Of a DNA stretch of 64,000 nucleotides, positions 24,665 to 38,254 are shown piece after piece. A program made the translations under genes and the position numbers. Each line of letters begins with the position of its first letter. The stretch's first letter is position 1. Source of the DNA: Mytilus trossulus (lineage: Eukaryota); NCBI RefSeq assembly GCF_036588685.1, contig NC_086386.1, positions 18,166,001 through 18,230,000 on the forward strand. Direction: 5' to 3'. A model generated the notes under the pieces. That model saw only the letters and a program-made list of their open reading frames with translations. It did no database searches and was not told the origin of the DNA.

Positions 24665-27070
24665 TTTTTATACGACCGCAAAATTTGAAAAAAAATTGTC
24701 GTATATTGCTATCACGTTGGCGTCGTCGTCTGCGTCGTCGTCTGCGTCGTCGTCGTCGTCGTCGTCGTCTGCGTCGTCGTCGTCCGAATACTTTTAGTTT
24801 TCGCACTCTAACTTTAGTGAATAGAAATCTATGAAATTTTAACACAAGGTTTATGACCACAAAAGGAAGGTTGGGAATGATTTTGGGAGTTTTGGTCCCA
24901 ACATTTTAGGAATTAGGGGCCAAAAAGGGCCCAAATAAGCATTTTCTTGGTTTTCGCACTATAACTTTAGTTCAAGTTAATAGAAATCTATGAAATTTTT
25001 ACACAAGGTTTATGCCCACAAAAGAAAGGTTGGGATTGATTTTGGGAGTTTAGGTCCCAATAGTTTAGGAATTAGGGGCCAAAAAAGGGCCCAAATAAGC
25101 ATTATTCTTGGTTTTCGCACAATAACTTTAGTTTAAGTAAATAGAAATCAATGAAATTTAAACAAAATGTTTATGACCACAAAAGGAAGGTTGGTATTGA
25201 TTTTGGGAGGTTTGGTCCCAGCAGTTTAGGAATAAGGGGCCCAAAGGGTCCAAAATTAAACTTTGTTTGATTTCATCAAAATTGAATAATTGGGGTTCTT
25301 TGATATGCCGAATCTAACTGTGTATGTAGATTCTTAATTTTTGGTCCCGTTTTCAATTTGGTCTACATTAAGGTCCAAAGGGTCCAACATTAAACTTAGT
25401 TTGATTTTGACAAAAATTGAATCGGTTGGGTTCTTTAATATGCTGCAACCTAAAAATGTACTTAGATTTTTGATTGTTGGCTCAGTTTTCAAGTTGGTCC
25501 AAATCGGGGTCCAAAATTAAACTTTGTTTGATTTCATCAAAAATTGAATAAATGGGGTTCATTGATATGCCAAATCTAACTGTGTATGTAGATTCTTCAT
25601 CTTTGGTCCTGTTTTCAAATTGGTCTACATTAAAGTCCAAAGGGTCCAAAATTAAACTTAGTTTGATTTTGACAAAAATTGAATCGGTTGGGTTCTTTGA
25701 TATGCTGAATCTAAAAATGTACTTAGATTTTTGATTGTTGGCCCAGTTTTCAAGTTGGTCCAAATCGGGGTCCAAAATTAAACTTTGTTTGATTTCATCA
25801 AAAATTGAATAAATGGGGTTCATTGATATGCCGAATCTAACTGTGTATGTAGATTCTTAATTTTTGGTCCCGTTTTCAAATTGGTCTACATTAAGGTCCA
25901 AAGGGTCCAAAATTAAACTTAGTTTGATTTTGACAAAAATTGAATCGGTTGGGTTCTTTGATATGCTGAATCTAAAAATGTACTTATATTTTTGATTATT
26001 GGTCCAGTTTTCAAGTTGGTCCAAATCGGGGTCCAAAATTAAACTTTGTTTGATTTCATCAAAAATTGAATAAATGGGGTTCATTGATATGCCAAATCTA
26101 ACTGTGTATGTAGATTCTTCATGTTTGGTCCTGTTTTCAAATTGGTCTACATTAAAGTCCAACACGTCCAAAATTAAACTTAGTTTGATTTTAACAAAAA
26201 ATTGAATTCTTGGGGTTCTTTGATATGCTGAATCCAAACATGTACTTAGATTTTTGATTATGGGCCCAGTTTTCAAGTTTGTCCAAATCAGGATCTAAAA
26301 TTATTATATTAGGTATTGTGCAATAGCAAGAAATTTTCAATTGCACAGTACTCAGCAATAACAAGAAATCTTCAATTGCACAGTATTGTGCAATAGCAAG
26401 AAATTTTCAATTGCACAGTATTGCACAATAGCAAGAAATCTTCAATTGCACAGTATTGTGCAATAGCAAGAAATATCTAATTGCACAATATTGTGCAATA
26501 GCAAGAAATTTCAATTGGAGTTATCTTTCATTGTCCAGAATAGTAGTTGAATCAACTTAAATCAATGTTTTATACAATATACAATGTATATTCACTTTTA
26601 CTTCCAACTGATAAATTAAAACAATCTTTACCATTCAGTGATAACAAGCACTTTTTTTACATTTTGATATTTTATGATGTATTTAAATGAGTGATTATTG
26701 TTGCAAACTCCATTAGAAATTTGAATTGAGATTGGTTTTGGAATAAAGGATAGGGGGATGTGAAAAAAAAATTAGGGAGGGGGGGTCAATTTTTCTCATT
26801 TGAAATTTCATAAATAAAAAGAAGATTCCAAACATTTTTTTGAGAGGATTAATATTCAACAGCATAGTGAATTGCTCAAAGGCAAAACAAAAATTTTAAG
26901 TTAATTAGACCACATTCATTCTGTGTCAGAAACCTATGCTGTGTCAACTATTTAATCGCAATCCAAATTTAGAGCTGAATCCAGCTTGAATGTTGTGTCC
27001 ATACTTGCCCCAACCGTCCAGGGTTCAACCTCTGCGGTCGTATAGAGCTGCGCCCTGCGGAGCATCTGGT
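24665..27070 (+). mobile_element. Helentron-type non-autonomous element (HINE/pearl-like) with internal satellite arrays
   Basis: tttttATACGACCGCA start and TGCGGTCGTATA sub-TIR near the end, followed by a GC hairpin (gctgcgccctgcggagca). (GTC)n at 24721-24784; ~160-bp x3 (24795-25240), 261-bp x4 (25245-26290) and 35-bp x6 (26313-26515) tandem arrays. Confidence 0.8.
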
Positions 27071-28188
27071 TGAATGATATTTTCGTTTCTTTTTCTCGTG
27101 TGACTATTTAATTACACAAGTTTTACCCAAGTTCAAGAAATTTTGGTTTCAAAAAAATCTGATATCTTATAGGAGAGCTTTTGATAAAATACATAAATTC
27201 AATTGGTCCATGTAAGAAAACTTTGTTCACACATTTTAGAATGGATTTAGTAGTTTTAATAAAGAGAAAAATATAATATTCATAACAGAAGATAATGATT
27301 CAGTCTATTTAAAATCCAACTTTTATCTGTGGTCTGCTGACCTGAAATCAGACAACATAGCATTTTAAAACTATCTTAAAGATCTAAATACTAAACTTAT
27401 ATATATATATATAATGCGGTATATATATGTCTTTTTCTATGAGTAATAACTTTATAATATTCAGTCAATTTGGATATATGTTTTACAGTGCTGTTTCTTC
27501 AAAAATTATTAATATTGCATCAGTAATTAATAATATTGCAGCAGAGCAAACACATTTAATAGTTAACTATCATCTTAGAATGCCGTTTGTTGAATTATGT
27601 TAGAAAATACGTATAAATAAAAAAAAAAGTACATGTTGTGTAATATTTTTTTTATAATCTCAAGAATAGACTAATGTTCTTTTACGACGTAGCTGCACGT
27701 ACGAAATTTAGTTTACCTGGAATTGCAACCGACATAACTATAGCATAATAATTTACATAATTTATTGACTATAAATTTACAGCCGAATGTACATTTGTCG
27801 TTCGTCTGTCTTAGCACTGTCTACTGGGTGGATGGTATCCTTCATAGTCCATCAGCAGCATTTAACGACACGTTTTATTTGAAGGGCAGGATATATTAAA
27901 TTCATTATATGTCTCTGATATTACGATGTAATTGATTGAGATTAAACTTTCCTAGAAACAATGATTGCGGTTATCAATAAGCGATCGAATTTCTATTTAA
28001 TAATGAAATATAACAATGGCTACCTTTTATGAAATGTTCTGGATCTACCATTGTAATCATGTATAATGCCTATCACATAGAAGCTTGGTGGATTTTAACA
28101 AGGCACGAATACATGTGAATGAACCCAACTCGAAAGTGTTCCATTAAAATTTTTGAGGGCGAAAAATATGAACAGTCTAAAGTTGCTA

Positions 28189-31100
28189 TTAATCATGACT
28201 TTTTTTTGTACTTACGCTAATAACAGTTCCTGGTGTGCGGCAAATGTCTGGAACAGTGAACACTGACATGTCTTTTATTCCTTTCTTGACATCATATATA
28301 CCAACTGATTCCATTGTCTGCCCTGTAATACATTTCAACTTATTAACAAATTTAGTTGTCGTTAATAACCCGCATGGCGGATGATACAATTCTAAAACTG
28401 TAGGCGGATCACGTGTTTGCATATTTTAAGTCTTGCAATTAAGAACAACAAATTTTCTGTGAATACCATTTGTTTTCATTATTGCAACTCTTAAGCAAGC
28501 TATGAAACCAAGAGTTCCAAGTGATGGCGTTGAAATAATCCCGTCGTATTTTTTCAGACGCCATATCACTAGGCTAGTTAGTTGGCCGTAATGTCCCTTT
28601 CACAGATGATAGCGGATATGTTCCAAATGTAACTAAAATCCCGTCCACATTTACCCCGAATGTGACTTATCAAATAATACTTATTACCGGGTTTGTACTA
28701 AGATGAGCCATACGACGGGTGCCACATCTGAAGCAGGACTTGCTTACCCTTCCGGAGCACCTGAAATCACAGCCATGAATTTGACAGCTAATGTCCCTTT
28801 AAACACAGAAACACATTTAAAAAAACAATGTGATAATAAATACGTCCCCTGTCACACTATTTTCAAGTGGAGGGATAGCTTTAACAATCTCATAACATGG
28901 ATATCCCTGCACTGTCTAGACTGTCTAGTTCGTCTACATATTTTTTTTTTAAACCATGACATAAATTTACAATGCATATAATAATAAAAGGAGTTACCTA
29001 CAGTGACACACCGTTTTAACAACACAACATCTCCAAGACTAACCTCTAAACAAAAAGGCAACTACGGAGACATTTAGCTAGAATCTGATAGTAGCGGGCA
29101 TTTTCAGTTCTAGTTTCCAAATTATGTACCGTTATTTACTTTTTCTTGTTGAAGTTAGTCATTATTTAAATTTGGTAGCTGCACTGTGCAATTTTGTTTG
29201 TGTGTTTTATTTTACACTGTGCCGACTAGGTAGGCAAAAAAGGTGGCGGAAGTAAATTTAAACTGTTTTACCCCCAAGCAGAGGCTGTGGTTGCACTACG
29301 TTAACTCTGGACCAAGTGTTGTTTGGTTTTTATTTCATTTGTTTTCCAAGGGGATTCGATGTGTTGATAGTTGGTGTGGTAGTTTATTCAACACATACAT
29401 GTAAACTTACTTCCATTGATATTAGCAGTAACCTGGTATAGCACAGGGATACAGTCATTATCTGTTATAGTCAAATAACCGTCTCCAATACTGCCAAAAG
29501 GTATCTTAAAGATTGTCCCTGGTGTATGGTCTGATCCAATCGTCGTCTTCATAACAATTGTTGCATTACCTGAAAGAATATTGAAATCTTAAAATTTTAA
29601 ATTCCCTAACCTATTTTATCAAAATGTATATCAATCATAATAACTTGGTAAACATATATAGATATACTACACATTAATTCAAACGAAGAGTGAATAACAA
29701 TCACCAAGGATTTGTATAGTAAGTTATCTAACTATACAAATCCTTGCAATCACCAAATCTACATATGAACAAAACATATATTTAAATGCATTTTCTGCAC
29801 GAAAGCAGTATAGCTAAATACGTACTAGGAACGCAGTTGAATGTAAATGGACCTTGCATTGCTGATTTTGTACACACGCCTTTCTCAACAACGTACTGCA
29901 TCTTCTGAAAAAGGTAAAATAAATGTTTTCAAAATAAATGACATATCTGTAATTTTTACTTCATGGAAACTTTTTAATTAATTTGCTTTCATCTTATTTG
30001 CATGTTTTTTTTAATTTTTTTAATCAATTATTCCTTGCATGAAGCTGTATGGCTTGAACATGATAGTCGGTTAAATAGATCACCAGACTTCATGTTTTAT
30101 CTGTTACCATGACAATTGTATACATAAGACTAGCACTTTAAATAAAACGTAATTTCCAACATTTTGTACTTACTGTAACATATTAAAAGTTTGATATGAA
30201 CATATACTCCTTATAAAATTTCCGGACTAGTATATTTCCATTCAATTTTGGAATTAATTCTAGCACAATTTGGTTTAATCATTAAAATGACACATATTGC
30301 TTAGACAACTTAGATTCATGACAATAAAAACTAATGCAGTAATATATAACTTACATGGCCATAGTCTTGTAACACAAACATATCTGATGTATGTTTTTTT
30401 GCTCCTACAATACCAGTGGTCACAGTCATATTCAGTGCAATCTTCTCGCCAGTTGTGTCGGCAGATATATTCATAAAACCCTACCAACAGATATGTTAAA
30501 ATATATAAAGAGTCAAAATGAGGCTCGTTTTGACTGAAAGATGTTCTATGATGCCAAAGTTATCATGACTAGAACCAATGAGAGAACGATAGATTTGACT
30601 CATCATAATATGGCTCTGAAAATAGTCTCAAGTACATGGCGTTGAATAAACTTCTTGCCGGTTTTCTTTTTTCTCTCGAAGTTTTATAAGGAGGATAAGA
30701 ATTCTGTAATTTAAATAGTTATTGCAGGAAAGTATGATGACAAGACTACGTAACAATATATATAAAAAAAAATGTTTTTTTTTATTATGATTATGTATTT
30801 TAGAAATCTCTATTTTTGTCTTATTAATGTGCCATGTATGTTATTGTTTCAAAGACATTTTATAATGAAACCATTAACTATAATGTATAAAAACATTGCA
30901 AATAATATAATATAGACGCACCATCACTTCTACCCTGATGACTGGTGCCCCCGATGTAAAGGGGTAGTTTTCTAAATAAAAAATATATATATATATATAT
31001 ATGCAAAAATCCAAAAGCTGACAAAACCTTCGGTAGCGTATTGCTCACCGGGTAGCATTAATCTCCGTTTTGTCTACCATTTTTCTTACTTCGGTATTGT

Positions 31101-32118
31101 CATATTTTGTAACAAGCCTTTATTGAATTGTCCGCCTATAGATTTACAAATTATTGAAAAATATAAGACTCTCCACCAAGTCAGAATTTATAAAATTAAA
31201 CCATTATAGGTCAAGGTACGGTCTTCACCACGGAGCATTGGCTCACACCGAAAGATATAGGAAGATGTTGCAAAAGGGCCAATGAGACAACTCTCCACCA
31301 AGTCATAATTTATAAAAGTAAACCATTATAGGTCAAGGTACGGTTTTCTACACGGAGAATTGGCTCACAGCGAAGAGCAAGCTATAAAGAACCCCAAAAC
31401 AATATTAGTGTAAAACCATTCAAACGGGAAACCAACGGTCACGAGAAACGAATAGCACTAATGAACCACACCAACAAACGACAAATACTGGACATCAGAT
31501 TCCTGACTTAGGACAGGTGTAAACAATTGCAGCGGGTTTAAACGTTTTGATGGTATCAAACCTTCACCCTTATCTGAAACAATAGTGTAACATCACAATA
31601 TAGAAAGACACACAGACTATAAAATATCAATTGGAATTACTTGTTGACTAAGATTGGTTTTGTTAGTTATGTTTATGTCCTTTTTGGTTATATAGTCGTT
31701 CTTATTAATCCTTGCAATATGACGTTCAAAGATTCGCTCCAACCATTCCTGAATAAGGTAAATACAGTAAAAAAAATGCAGTTTATAAGATGTTATTCTC
31801 ATTTTTAACATAATTCTATTACGAGAAATCAAGCAATGATGAATTTAATAATTTGTGCATGCATATAGAATAGTAGTGTTTATGTTTTCGTTAATATCTA
31901 TAAAAAAAATTATACGTATTCGAAAAACTTTCAGTTTTGACTGATCAGTTACTTTCAAGGATTTCCATATTCTATACCTGTGATACTCTGACTGTTCCAT
32001 TCATAACTGTTCCAACATGAAAACCTTCAGCGCCTTCCCATTGAGATGGTAAACAACAGTTTGACGCTACCAACGGAACCAGTGCTACCAAACCCAGTAT
32101 ACTCAACAGACTCATCAT
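28189..32118 (-). CDS. Ependymin-related secreted glycoprotein, ~212 aa
   Basis: Exons 32118-31978 (signal peptide MMSLLSILGLVALVPLVAS then CCLPSQWEG), 30480-30355 (..VLQDYGH), 29904-29826 (KMQYVVEKGVCTKS..FNCVP), 29569-29411 (..DNDCIPV..), 28322-28189 (GIKDMSVFTVPDIC). Ependymin Cys pattern. The last exon could alternatively splice at 28216. Confidence 0.88.
28515..28772 (+). mobile_element. Degenerate 3' fragment of a Penelope-like retroelement repeat
   Basis: Contains acgacgggtgccacat..agcaggacttgcttacccttccggagcacctga, recognised from memory as a common bivalve retroelement end. Confidence 0.45.
29705..29746. mobile_element. 42-bp palindromic micro-MITE with 7-bp TSD
   Basis: CAAGGATTTGTATAGT / ACTATACAAATCCTTG flanked by CAATCAC on both sides (29698-29704, 29747-29753). 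Confidence 0.8.
31165..31645 (-). repeat. Interspersed repeat with internal ~123-bp duplication
   Basis: ctctccaccaagtca..ccattataggtcaaggtacgg..ggctcaca occurs twice. Homologous pieces at 14500-14700, 24538-24660, 40255-40440 and 59340-59470. Confidence 0.65.
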
Positions 32119-33665
32119 ATTTAAAATGTCGTGCTTCTTTAACGTAGAACTACTTCAATTTGTTTATCAATTTTTATTTAAAAGTTGCAGCATACTAGTA
32201 TTTATATCAAAATCTTATCTTCAGTCACAAGATTCGATTATTGCGAAATTGGTTTATTTTGATATGACATTAATGTGTATCTAAGTCAAGTTGTCTTGAT
32301 GTAAGCAACATAGAGGATAAACGATTTTTAAAAATCTTAAAACGGTCAAGGTAGTAAGAACTCAGTCACGTTCAATGACAATCTTGTGATAATAAGTATT
32401 TTGAAATACGAATAAGTTGTATCGAGGGTTATTAGTGCGAATTCTCCAAAATTATTCATATGTAGTGTCTTTATCGGTTTTGTATCTATTCACTGTAATA
32501 AAATGACGAAATGTCGGCATGAATTTGGAAATCCTATATCATACCAAAATAAAAATCAAGTTGTTATAAACTATCCTTTAAAACCAAACGAAAGAAGACG
32601 CATACCACACAAAACACTCCTTCTACAGATTTGAAATAAGCTTTCGTGGTCCAATTTGTACTTTAAGATGTTATCGTCATAGCTTAGTTTATCTCAGTTA
32701 TTGTGTTGTGCTTTCATCTAGCGCGGGAATATTTGGTCAAATTTTTGATGACCCATTGTTCTGCTGTTGTGCAAGTTGGGTCTAAGTAGATCGGCGACAG
32801 ATTAAAGACTAATCGACTACGGGTCAGAAAATGTGTCCAGTTGGCCGTTGGTGGATATTTGTTTTTCTACTGACTACTACAATCCGAGACAATGCAAGTG
32901 TCTATAAAATTTTCAATTTCTTAATCGTTTATTGTAGACAAAAAATAAATAGTACAGATACTAATAAACAGGATATATCAGATGTGAAATATTTTGGTGT
33001 TACATTGGTCATTTTTTTTTATCTGGTGAGAATATATTAGGCTAATGATAGACCTAAAAGTTAATAAAGGTGTACTGCATTTATTAAAAAAAAAAATGAA
33101 AACAGCAACGGGAAATGTGTGAAAGATCTACCAAACGACCAAACAGCACAGGGCCACCAATAGGTCTTCAAAAATGCAAGACAATCTCACACCCAGAGTC
33201 GGCATCAGTTGGCCCCTAAACAAAAACGAATGTCATGTTGATTAAGCATGTGCTTTATGATGTGAAGGTTAATTTAAGAAGCCCAATGTTACCCATAAAT
33301 AATAAGTCTCGCCTATAATTGTAATTTTTATTGCAAATTACAAATGCTGAAATTGAAATAAAATGACAATATTTAAACCTGTTATCTATGCAAAATATTC
33401 CAAGTCATAACTGAAAGAACTGAAATAATGTGTTACTAGTATATCATCTCCCTAGAAATGAGACTTATTACTGAAACTTCTGCATGCATGCTAAATATCA
33501 ATGACTTTACAGAAGTTGTTCCCCTTAAACTAACTTTATCACAACTATTCTCCTCAGAAATTAACTAACAAAACCTTTAAATAGACTTATAATAGGGGAA
33601 ATAGTTACGATATTGTTGTCAGGTCATTAAAGATTGCATATTTTGGCTTTAATATTGATTCACTG

Positions 33666-34325
33666 ATAGGGTCTTTGCATCGGAACTAAACACATTTATT
33701 TCTAAAAAACAGTTGTTGGCATGACACGGGTTATTCTTCTCATATATTTTATGATAGTATGATACTAAACCCCTAATGGGAGGGATTGTGCCTGATATTC
33801 ATATGATGAAGACATAATCTTTCAATCAGTTTAATTGAGGTCTGGAGCTGGCATGTCAGTTAACTGCTAGTAGTCTGTTGTTATTTTTGTATTATTGTCA
33901 TTTTATTTATTTTCTTTTGTTACATCTTTTGACATCGGACTCGGACTTCTCTTGAACCGAATTTTAATTTTCGTATTGTTATTCTTTTACTTTTCTACAT
34001 TGGCTAGAGGTATAGGGGGAGGGTTGAGATCCCATAAACATGTTTAACCCCGCCGCAATTTTGCGCCTGTCCCAAGTCAGGAGCCTCTGGCCTTTGTTAG
34101 TCTTGTATGATTTTAAATTTTAGTTTCTTGTATATAATTCGGAGTTTAGTATGACGTCCATTATCACTGTACTATTATGCATATTTGTAGGGGCCAGCTG
34201 AAGGACACCTACGGGTGCGGGAATTCTCGCTACATTGAAGACCCATTGGTTGCCTTCGGCTGTTATCTGCTCTATGATCGGGTGGTTGTCGCTTTGACAT
34301 ATTCACCATTTCCTTTCTCAATTTT
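33666..34325 (+). mobile_element. Longer copy of the abundant interspersed repeat
   Basis: Contains catgtttaaccccgccgca..gcctgtcccaagtcaggagcctctggcc and the gaagacccattgg.. end shared with the short copies. Confidence 0.65.
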
Positions 34326-35084
34326 ATGTATGCAAACTATGCATAAGTCACACAGGCGCTTTTCTCAGAACAAAATTTACAATATACCTAATATAAAAGT
34401 ATATAGGGGAAAGAATTTCTGAGACAAGTTCATGTGATAATTGACCTATAATGATGGAGGAGGAAGGTCCATATGATCTCCATGGAATTGAGATGAGCAA
34501 ATTTTGATACAACTGCACACCAAATAATCATTTGTTTTCCATTAGTGGTTCATCATAAACAGACCCAATCACAAATTCTAACTTTAAACCAAAGCACAAC
34601 TTTCAACGTCAATACACTATGACTGAGTGGGCAGGGCAAACAAATTTCCATGGAAATGATATTTGACATTGCTAATTAAGTGGCCTATCAATTATCAATG
34701 ACCTACCGATAGTAGTTCCCCTTAAACTGAACTTATAACCAAGTTTTACATGTAGAGTAAGCAGAAGTTATAAAGTCAATAGATCAAAACTGAGGGGGTG
34801 GGGCCAATGATTTCCGCGGAGATGAGACTTGCTAGTGCTAATACAACTTCATACTAAATATCATTGACCTTCCACAAGCTATTCCTTTAAACTGTCCTTT
34901 TCACAAATTAACACACGTTGATGTCATCAACACCAAAGGTGCTGGAATCAACAAGCTGAGGACTAGCCTTTTCTATCAAAGTGAGTTAATAAAATGATTT
35001 TATAAAAAAATGTGTTTTTTTTCCCACTATCTACTTTAGTTAAGAACCTGCAAACCTGTTATGTCAATTGCTATATTAAATTAA

Positions 35085-35152
35085 AAGAAGAAAATTGCTA
35101 TATTAAATTCAAAGAAGAAAATTGCTATATTAAATTCAAAGAAGAAAATTGC
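35085..35152. repeat. ~27-bp tandem repeat, about 2.5 copies
   Basis: aattgctatattaaattcaaagaagaa repeated. Confidence 0.8.
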
Positions 35153-35407
35153 TTGCTAAACAAGAAATAAGGTAAATTCACACCACATTCTTTTATAAAC
35201 ATTACGTTATGTGATTATCTCTCCTTCTATCTGATTTGTGTATCCTCCTTATTTGGAAAAGTTGAAAAAAAATTGAATCACACAAAAAATAGGTGGTGTT
35301 TTTTTTTGGTGGTAATATACAGTGGGAAAAATGATAAAACACATAATTTTCTATAACACGAAAAGTCTAACATGAAATACATACTACTCTCGAAATTTGC
35401 ACTTGTC

Positions 35408-37463
35408 TTCTTCTTCTTCTTATCGTTCGCCTTTACACTTGAATACCAGTCTCATCATCAAATCTGGTGGTCTTCTGTAGGGAATCCACTGGTCCGTATA
35501 GCTTCTCTTCGAGTGATGTTACTGAGTGCCATATCTTATCTCTCAATGCCTGATGGAAATTGCATGACTGTAGGAGGTGTGCTGTATCCTGCTCTGCTTC
35601 TCCACAAGGACACATAGGAGATGGAACAACTTTTATGACTTTGTATAGATGTTGGTTGAGTCTGTTGTGTCCTGTCCTCAGTCTGAAGATAGTGGTTTGT
35701 TCAGATCTTGTTAGCTGGTGGTAACTATCTTGTTGCTGTGGAGTGTTGAACAGAGATTTTATGATAGTCTTCATCTCTGAAAAGCAGACTGGATTTTCTT
35801 CCTGTAGTTGTTCAGCACCATTTTTTTGCTAATCTGTCGGCTTGTTCATTACCCCAAACTCCACAGTGTGAAGGGATCCACTGAATTACTGTTGTCAGAC
35901 TTTTGATGTTGTATAAAGCTTGTTGAAGTTGAGGCAGCTTGTCGTTTTTCAAAGCTTGTAGAACAGAGAGGGCATCAGTCAGGAATACTACTTGAGATGT
36001 ATCATCGATTTTGTTTTTGATGGAATGTGCATCATGAGTAATGGCTTCTTCTTCAGCTTTGTAGTTTGAAGAATGTAGGCCTGTTGGTATTGCCTCTGAT
36101 TGTTGATCTCCATTGGGGTACTTAATGTATATACCAGCCCCTCCATTTGTTGTGGCATTTGTGGCTGACCCATCTGTATATACTCTTACCCAAGTTTCTG
36201 AAGGATACTGTTCTTCAAGCATACTCATCGTAAGTATTTTCTTTACATTACTAGTCTGTTCATCTCTGGTGGTAATGAGCGGAACTGAGGTCAGGATGGT
36301 GACATTTCCAAATTTTTCTTCACAAGGGGTGTTATTCTTTGTGAAAACTATGTGTTCTTTATATTTTGGTAGGGCTTCCTGGTGTTTTCTTTGCAATGCT
36401 CTTGTCTCTAATGTAAAGCTGGATCTTTTAAGTCTGCCTGATGAGAGTTGTTTTAGTCTGGAATTCATTGGGTGGTCTTGTGAACACTGATATTTGGTGG
36501 CCTGTATCATGGCTTTGCACTCCCTTCTCTTTCCTAATGGGGGTATGTTTGTTATATCCTCCATACTTTTTATTGGTGTTGATTTCATAGCACCTGTGAT
36601 GATACGTAGTGCCTGATTCTGAACTTTGTCTAAAGTCTGATGGTGAGACTTGGCTGCAGTCATCCAAGCGTTAGATCCGTATTCAAGGTGTGGTCGTACA
36701 TTTCCTTGGTAGACAGATTTCAATATTTGTTCATTTGCACCCCATTTTGTTCCTGCAAGTTTCCTCATGATGTTCAATTTTCTCCTAGCCTTAGCTTCAG
36801 CTGATGTTATATGTTGCTTCCAGGTCATTCTTTTGTCAAAAGTTACCCCAAGGTATGTTTGTTGGTCTTCCATTTTAAGTGGGGTATCATCCAAAGTCAG
36901 TTTGACAGATTGGGTTTTTGGAGAGAGTGTGAAGAGTGTTCCTGTTGTTTTTTCTCTGTTGATTGTAACACACCACTGCTTTGCCCATGTGACTATAATA
37001 TCTAAAGCTGTTTGTATTCTATATTAAGCTGTAGATGCATATACTCTTCTGAGCACCAGAGAACAAGATCGTCTGCATAAAGTGCTGATTGTACCCCTTT
37101 TGGTAGCTCTGGTACTAGGTCGTTCATAAAGAGTATGAATAGAGTTGGTGGTAATACTCCTCCTTGTGGGACCCTTTGTTTTAAGAGTACTTTCTGTCCA
37201 CATTGCCCATCTACCAGCACTCTGGCTCTTCTATTATACAAGTAAGATTTGGTCCATTTGTACATTCTTCCACTGATGCCATATCTAAGCATTTTTGCAA
37301 GAAGTCCATCTTTCCATACCTTATCAAATGCTCTTTGAAGATCTACATAGACAGCCAACGTTACTTTTTTGGATTGGAATGCATCTTCTACTACCTGGGA
37401 TAGATGTGTAATCTGGTCTTCTGTGCTTATGTATTGTCTAAAACCAGCTTGTTCATTTCCAAT
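35408..37463 (-). mobile_element. 5'-truncated non-LTR retrotransposon (I-group-like; RT + RNase H + C-terminal Cys/His motif), two frameshifts
   Basis: QAGFR, DLQRAFDKV, VPQGGVL, YADD, YLGVTFD; RNase H YTDGS..E..TDALSVL..QWIPSHCGVWGNEQAD; RLRTGH..CPCG..H..C. (AAG)n tail at 35408-35420. TSD aatttgcac(t/g)tgtc at 35394-35407 and 37464-37477. Frameshifts near 37040 and 35820. Confidence 0.93.
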
Positions 37464-38211
37464 AATTTGCACGTGTCATTTAAAAAGATCTAGACCGATT
37501 GTTATCTGCTTTTTTCAAAATCCAAGATAGAGGAAAACACCTCAGCCACCTTGAAATCATATCAGATGGATGGGCAACTAGCCCATGTGTAATGATTGAC
37601 CAATAACACTAGTGGTTTGCTGAAAATGAGATAACATGTCTATCCAATAGCATGGGCATCACATTTTCAATCCACATATTTCATCATCTTACCAAGGAAA
37701 GGATTCAGATCCAGTCAGCTACTCCCCACCCTTGTCATATTAAGCCAACATAATATGTGATTACAATGCCGAGCAATCTATACCATAGATAAAATTTACA
37801 CCCATTTGGACTATATCCTTCTTGACTAATGGCAGCATTTAGACTCTCACCAGTGTGGAGGTGTAAAAATGGTTATCAAATTTATTTTGGGGTTTATTAT
37901 GCCTAATGTTAAAATTTTCTTGCAGTAGAACCCCAAATTAAATTTTGACATTCAAACATTTGCACTAGAAACATACCCAGAAATTCCAACAATTGATTAA
38001 GAACTTAAATTTGTCACTAAAAGCTTAATATATTTTTCAGGTGAAGACTTGTGCACAATGTGCATGTGGTAATCATTTATTTTCATTTTCTATATTTACA
38101 TGAAATTAATTTTTGTGTACTATTGTTTGTCTGTTTACGGGTTCACTTTACTGCTGGTTACTGTTGAAACAGTATCTATATAAATAGGGTGCAAACATTA
38201 ATCCACCATTC

Positions 38212-38254
38212 TGCATCTGATGAAGGTCCCTTTTGGACCAAAACCGGTCTTGCC
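38212..38254 (+). ncRNA. Degenerate minimal hammerhead ribozyme of a second family
   Basis: gcat-CTGATGA-a-ggtcc(ctttt)ggacc-AAAA-ccgg-TC-ttgc. Intact 5-bp stem II and palindromic ACCGGT stem III; GAAA is changed to AAAA. Confidence 0.5.

Noticed and set aside
24601-24860. Poly-Arg / poly-Ser ORFs (protamine-like appearance)
   Set aside because: Translations of the (GTC)n microsatellite inside a HINE element.
25482-26276. Repetitive 113-139 aa ORFs
   Set aside because: Read-through of the 261-bp tandem array.
26313-26515. 35-bp periodic, partly palindromic repeats resembling CRISPR
   Set aside because: No unique spacers, no cas genes, eukaryotic transposon context.
27777-27839. Alternative last exon of the ependymin gene (DTIHPVDSAK..IRL*)
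   Set aside because: A good donor exists at 28216, but the acceptor is weak; cannot be supported without transcripts.
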